From Spirochaetia bacterium (GTDB lineage: Bacteria > Spirochaetota > Spirochaetia > SZUA-6 > Bin103): a stretch of 64,000 nucleotides of DNA. Both the position numbers and the translations under genes were made by a program. The notes under the pieces were generated by a model. It did no database searches, was not told where the DNA came from, and worked only from the letters and a program-made list of their open reading frames with translations. The stretch lies in NCBI GenBank assembly GCA_965203905.1, contig CBDBDQ010000005.1, positions 1,056,001 to 1,120,000 of the forward strand. The letters are read 5' to 3'. Shown here piece after piece: positions 59,556-64,000 of this stretch; positions within the stretch are counted from its first letter, which is position 1, and each line of letters starts with the position of its first letter.

Positions 59556-60176
59556 CTATCCGTTATCGCCGTCCTCACCATCACCCCGAGTCATCACGCG
59601 GTCGATGAGCCCATACGCCTGGGCCTCGTCGGAAGACATATAATAGTCGCGTTCCAGATCGGAAGCAATCACGTCGTCCTCCTTGCGGGCGTGGATGGCG
59701 AAGTAGTGGATGATCAGTTTCTTGAGGCGGATCAACTCCCGTGCCTGGATGCCGATGTCCGCCGCCTGCCCCTGGACGCCGCCCCACGGCTGGTGAATCA
59801 GGACCCGCGCCGAGGGCAGCGCGAAGCGCTTGCCGTGGGTACCGGCGGCCAGCAGCAGCGCTCCCATCGATGCCGCCTGCCCCAGGCACACCGTCTGGAT
59901 GTCGGGGCGCACGTACTGCATGGTGTCATAGATGGCCAGACCGGCGGTCACCGAGCCGCCGGGGGAATTGATGTAGAGCTGAATGTCGCGATCGGGGTCC
60001 TGCGACTGCAGGAACAGGAGCTGCGCCACCACCAGGTCGGCGGTAACGTCGAAGATCTCACCGTCGATGAAGATGATGCGGTCCTTGAGGAGCCGCGAGT
60101 AGATGTCGTAGGAACGTTCGCCCCGGCCGGTCTGCTCGATGACGATGGGTACCAGGGTGTTGAGCTGTTCGTCCAT
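59556..60176 (-). CDS. clpP: ATP-dependent Clp protease proteolytic subunit
   Basis: [31 protein letters not shown] and IHQP motifs. Confidence 0.97.
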   Translation of the reverse strand: MDEQLNTLVPIVIEQTGRGERSYDIYSRLLKDRIIFIDGEIFDVTADLVVAQLLFLQSQDPDRDIQLYINSPGGSVTAGLAIYDTMQYVRPDIQTVCLGQAASMGALLLAAGTHGKRFALPSARVLIHQPWGGVQGQAADIGIQARELIRLKKLIIHYFAIHARKEDDVIASDLERDYYMSSDEAQAYGLIDRVMTRGDGEDGDNG

Positions 60177-60220
60177 GGTGGGCTGCGCTACACCCGCCAG
60201 CGGCGGGTAGCAGCGGTAAT

Positions 60221-61594
60221 TTACTGGTTCGCCCCGATCAAGTCCACATACGAAGTCTCGGCCCCCGGGGAAACCGCGCTGGCGGCGATGAGATGGTCGT
60301 ACAGCTTCTCGTGGCGTAGTTCGTTGCGCACGTAGTCCAGCGCGTTCTGGCGCTCGTACTGTGCCCTCAGTTCCTCCGCGTCGACCCCTCGGGCCTCCGC
60401 CTGCTGCGCCAGGTGGCGCTCCAGATCCTCGTCGCCGATCTCGATGCCCTCCGCCTGCGCCAGCTTGTCCCGCACCAGCGTGAAGCGCGCGCGCCGCTCG
60501 ACGTGCGGGCGGCTCAGCTCCATCAGCTGCTCCCTGCTCTCCCCGCGCGCCGCCAGCGCCGCCTCGAAGCGCTGGGCATCGCCGCTGCCGGAGCGAGCCA
60601 CCAGGTTGCGCCACTCGCCCTCCAGCTCGGCGGCAATCATCGACTTCGGCAGGGGTACCTGCGAGGTCTCCACCACCTTGTCCATCAACTCGCCGATGAG
60701 CCGTGCCCGCACCCGCTGGTCAGCGTCGCCCTGCAGCCGGCTGCGCAGGTCGCTCTTGAGGTCGTCGAGCGTCTCGAAGCGGTCACTGATGTCCTGGGCG
60801 AGCTCGTCGTCGAGGTCGGGGAGCTGCTTCTCCTTGACCGAGGTTACGGTGACCTCGAGCGTGACCGTGCGCCCGGCCAGATCGGAGTACTGGTAGTCGG
60901 CGGGATACGACTTGGTGATTACCTTGTCCGCCCCGCGCGCCATTCCCACCAGCTCCTCGTCCATCTGGTAGACGTTGTACTCGGTACCGACCTCGAACAC
61001 GAAGTCGCGACGCTCGCTCCCGGCGACCGGCTGACCGGCGTCATCCTGTTCGACGTAGTTGACGGTCACCACGTCTCCCTGCGCCACCACCACCTGTCCG
61101 GAGTCGTCCGCCGGCTTGTCCATCACCACCGCGTTCTGCTCCTGCAGGCGGCTGAGCTCCCGCTCCAGGTCGGCATCCGCGATGCTTACCTGGGGTCGTT
61201 CCAGCGGCAGGTCGCGGTACGGGCCGAGTTCTACCTGGGGGAAGGTGTCGTAGGTTACGGTAAAGGTGAGGTCTTCTCCCAGGACCAGTTGCGGCGCGGA
61301 ATCGAGCGCCGGCGGCGCGAACGGCAGCGGCTTGTGCTCGATCTCGCCGATCACCTGCTCCAGGCCTTCCCTGATCACCTGCTCGGTGGCCTGAGCCAGC
61401 AGCGCCGGTCCGAACTTGCGGATCAGCACCTCGCGCGGTGCCTTGCCGCGCCGGAAGCCCTTGAGCCGGGCATTGCGGCGCAGATCGGCGACTATGCTGT
61501 CATAGGTCTCCCGAACGCTGTCGCCGGCCACCGTGAGGGTGAGCCGCACTTCACTGTCGTCCGAGACGGATAGCTCCCGGGTGGTTACGTTCAC
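60221..61594 (-). CDS. tig: Trigger factor
   Basis: GFRRGKAP ribosome-binding motif; FKBP-like middle domain; upstream of clpP-clpX. Confidence 0.95.
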   Translation of the reverse strand: MNVTTRELSVSDDSEVRLTLTVAGDSVRETYDSIVADLRRNARLKGFRRGKAPREVLIRKFGPALLAQATEQVIREGLEQVIGEIEHKPLPFAPPALDSAPQLVLGEDLTFTVTYDTFPQVELGPYRDLPLERPQVSIADADLERELSRLQEQNAVVMDKPADDSGQVVVAQGDVVTVNYVEQDDAGQPVAGSERRDFVFEVGTEYNVYQMDEELVGMARGADKVITKSYPADYQYSDLAGRTVTLEVTVTSVKEKQLPDLDDELAQDISDRFETLDDLKSDLRSRLQGDADQRVRARLIGELMDKVVETSQVPLPKSMIAAELEGEWRNLVARSGSGDAQRFEAALAARGESREQLMELSRPHVERRARFTLVRDKLAQAEGIEIGDEDLERHLAQQAEARGVDAEELRAQYERQNALDYVRNELRHEKLYDHLIAASAVSPGAETSYVDLIGANQ

Positions 61595-61616
61595 TGATGT
61601 TGCCTGGATTGTAACG

Positions 61617-61688
61617 AGCGGGAAACGGGACTCGAACCCGCGACTTCCACCTTGGCAAGGTGGAGCTCTACCACTGAGCTATTCCCGC
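61617..61688 (-). tRNA. tRNA-Gly(GCC)
   Basis: GCGGGAATAGCTCAGTGGTAGAGC...TTGCCAA...GGTTCGAGTCC...TTCCCGCT; CCA not encoded. Confidence 0.97.
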
Positions 61689-61693
61689 TAGTA

Positions 61694-61775
<82 letters not shown>

Positions 61776-61845
61776 TACACCGGAGCTTGCCGCACGATCC
61801 CCCGCGTCGCGGACTGCCGGATCCGCACCCGCCAACCTGTCATGC

Positions 61846-61918
61846 TGAGCCGTGAAGGGATCGAACCTTCGACCCGCAGATTAAGAGTCTGCTGCTCTAC
61901 CAGCTGAGCTAACGGCCC
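61846..61918 (-). tRNA. tRNA-Lys(CTT)
   Basis: GGGCCGTTAGCTCAGCTGGTAGAGC; anticodon arm GCAGA-CTCTTAA-TCTGC; GGTTCGATCC. Confidence 0.96.
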
Positions 61919-62066
61919 TCGATGTCCTGCCGCCAAGCGGTCCTCTCGTTGCCACCGGCGCAGCCGCAGAACCTTCACCTCCTCGCCGTACGCAACCCCG
62001 CAGCGGACCAACCCCGTAGCGGGAGCAGCACTACCTGGCTTCCGAGGGGCCGACAGCGTTCGGCTC

Positions 62067-62140
<74 letters not shown>

Positions 62141-62251
62141 CTCTTGCTGAAGACCGCTGCGCGACTTCCGCTCCGGCTGAACACCATCACCCTTGGTCCG
62201 TGCCGCGAGCCGGCCCGTCCGCAGAACGCCGCTACCACCGGAACGTGGGCG

Positions 62252-62324
62252 GGTGGGTGATGGGGCTTGAACCCACAACTTCCAGATCCACAGTCTGGTG
62301 CTCTACCATTGAACTACACCCACC
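62252..62324 (-). tRNA. tRNA-His(GTG)
   Basis: Encoded G-1 and C73; anticodon arm CCAGA-CTGTGGA-TCTGG. Confidence 0.95.
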
Positions 62325-62429
62325 GAGTGGTGCGACCCGTCCGCTCGCGCGTACGTCGTATCGCGAAGCATAGGGTACGCACACCGATCTGGCGCTGTCA
62401 ACCCAACGCCGCCGGCCGTGCCGGCTGGG

Positions 62430-62843
62430 TCAGCGCCGCTGCAGGTCCAGAGCCGCGGAGTTGATGCAGTAGCGCAGGCCGGTGGGTGCCGGTCCGTCCT
62501 CGAATACGTGCCCCAGGTGCGCCTCGCAGCGGCTGCACAGCACCTCGGTACGGCGCATGAACAGGCTGTTGTCCGCTTCGGTGCGCACCCGCTCCTCGGC
62601 GACCGGAGTGGTAAAGCTGGGCCAGCCGGTGCCCGAGTCGAACTTGCTCGTGGAGTCGAACAGCTCGTTGCCGCAGGCGACGCAGCGATAGGTGCCGGCG
62701 TCCTTGCTCTTCCAGTACGCGCCCGTGAACGGCGGCTCGGTGCCCTTCCTGCGGGTGACCTGGTACTGCTCGGGCGTGAGCTCGCGGCGCCATTCTGCAT
62801 CGCTCTTGCGCACCTCCGGCTCGGACTTGAGATCACCGCTCAT
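62430..62843 (-). CDS. msrB: Peptide-methionine (R)-S-oxide reductase
   Basis: GTEPPFTG, Cxx[26 protein letters not shown] and RYCINS motifs. Confidence 0.97.
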   Translation of the reverse strand: MSGDLKSEPEVRKSDAEWRRELTPEQYQVTRRKGTEPPFTGAYWKSKDAGTYRCVACGNELFDSTSKFDSGTGWPSFTTPVAEERVRTEADNSLFMRRTEVLCSRCEAHLGHVFEDGPAPTGLRYCINSAALDLQRR

Positions 62844-62901
62844 CGGTTTCCTCTTCCTCATGCTGCCTCCTCATGCCGCCCGCTGGCGGCTCCTGCGCCT
62901 G

Positions 62902-63459
62902 CTACAGGCCGATCTCGTCCGCCACTTCCCGCATCGCCAGGATGACGGTACGAATCAGATCATCCAGCTCCGCCCCCAGCATCTGCGCCCCGCGCACGAT
63001 CACCTCGCGGTCGACCCCGGCGGCGAAGTTGGCGCTCTTCCACTTCTTCCGGACCGACTTCACCTCCAGGTCGCGTACGCTCTTGGAGGGGCGCACCAGC
63101 GCGCAGGCGGTAATGAACCCGGTCAACTCGTCCACCGCGTACAGCGTTTTCTCCAGCTCGCTGCGCGGCTCCACGTCGGTGCAGATCTGCCAGCCGTGGG
63201 ACAGCACCGCGCGCACGTAGTCGGAGGGCCAGCCGCTGGCATTCAGGATCTGCTCGGTCTTCTGGCAATGCTGCTCGGGGAACTTCTCCCAGTCCAGGTC
63301 GTGTACCAGGCCGATGACCGCCCACCGTTCCGGGTCCTCACCGCGGTCGCGGGCGATGTAGTCCATGGTGGCGGCCACCGCGCGACAGTGGTTGCGCAGC
63401 GCCGGACTGTCGATGTAGCGCTGCAGGAGCTCCTCGGCGTCTTTCCGCGTGGGTACCAT
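62902..63459 (-). CDS. HDIG/HD superfamily hydrolase
   Basis: LRNHC..V, GLVHDLD, DELTG, ALVRPS and FAAGVDR motifs. Confidence 0.88.
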   Translation of the reverse strand: MVPTRKDAEELLQRYIDSPALRNHCRAVAATMDYIARDRGEDPERWAVIGLVHDLDWEKFPEQHCQKTEQILNASGWPSDYVRAVLSHGWQICTDVEPRSELEKTLYAVDELTGFITACALVRPSKSVRDLEVKSVRKKWKSANFAAGVDREVIVRGAQMLGAELDDLIRTVILAMREVADEIGL

Positions 63460-63558
63460 GGCGCCGATTGTACGCGTCCGCGGCCGCCTTGGCAGCCGCC
63501 CGCCGCCGGTTTCCGCGGGTGACACGAAGCGCAACGCACAGTATGTTTCGCGGACTCC

Positions 63559-64000
63559 ATGGCCAATCTTCTCAGCTCCTACCTGGCGGCGACGCCCGCT
63601 GCCGAAGTAACCGCGCCGATGGCGGGCTACGTCGCCGCTCTCGATCAACTCTGCGACAGCACGCCGGAAGTGGCCGCAGCCGTGGTGCAGGAGCTGGCCG
63701 ATCAGCGTGCCCACCTGAAGCTGATCGCCAGCGAGAACTACGCCTCGCTCGCGGTGCAGGCGGCCATGGGCAACCTGCTCACCGACAAGTACGCCGAGGG
63801 GGTGCCCGGGCACCGCTTCTACGCCGGCTGTGCCAACGTGGACGAGGTGGAGCGGCGGGCCGCGAAGTTGGCCTGCGACCTGTTCGGCGCGGAGCACGCT
63901 TACGTGCAGCCGCACAGCGGCGCCGATGCCAACCTGGTGGCCTACTGGGCGATCCTGGCGGTACGCGTGGAACAGCCACGGCTGACACAGCTCGCGGTGA
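63559..64000 (+). CDS. glyA: Serine hydroxymethyltransferase, N-terminal part (runs off window end)
   Basis: [24 protein letters not shown] and [11 protein letters not shown] motifs. Confidence 0.95.
   Translation, partial: MANLLSSYLAATPAAEVTAPMAGYVAALDQLCDSTPEVAAAVVQELADQRAHLKLIASENYASLAVQAAMGNLLTDKYAEGVPGHRFYAGCANVDEVERRAAKLACDLFGAEHAYVQPHSGADANLVAYWAILAVRVEQPRLTQLAV

Noticed and set aside
61919-62066. Structured ncRNA (SRP, 6S, tmRNA) in the tRNA spacer
   Set aside because: No diagnostic motifs were recognised; GC-rich pairing alone is not evidence.

Overview
High-GC bacterial chromosome segment, probably from a Spirochaetota member. This is inferred from the long-form GlyA, tRNA-Arg(UCG), a DUF151-UVR nuclease next to clpX, and the CarD type. 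The housekeeping backbone has nadA (partial), several ABC transporters, an Rrf2-sufBCDSU-nfu operon, an aspartate kinase-thrB-thrC operon, a polyprenyl synthase, a rhomboid protease, an OppA-like protein, CarD, nth, tig-clpP-clpX, five tRNAs, msrB and glyA (partial). Accessory DNA interrupts it in three places. (i) A two-gene cassette (NYN/LabA-type PIN nuclease plus NACHT/STAND NTPase with pentapeptide repeats) is translationally coupled to the end of the suf operon (17713-20750); this is the best candidate for an undescribed defence system. (ii) A defence-island-like block (about 21970-40650) holds Fic, an AAA_14/DUF4143 ATPase, a degenerate IrrE-like protein with a small YHGYP partner, a 1.8-kaa Avs-like STAND protein, a type III R-M system with an OLD-like ATPase/TOPRIM gene between mod and res, and DUF4145. 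(iii) A 3.5-kb patch of HEPN-like genes and a decayed mobile-element gene is bracketed by a 1.6-kb direct duplication of metallophosphoesterase-thrC. No CRISPR array, rRNA or integrase was seen. All family assignments come from motif recognition by eye, without database searches.
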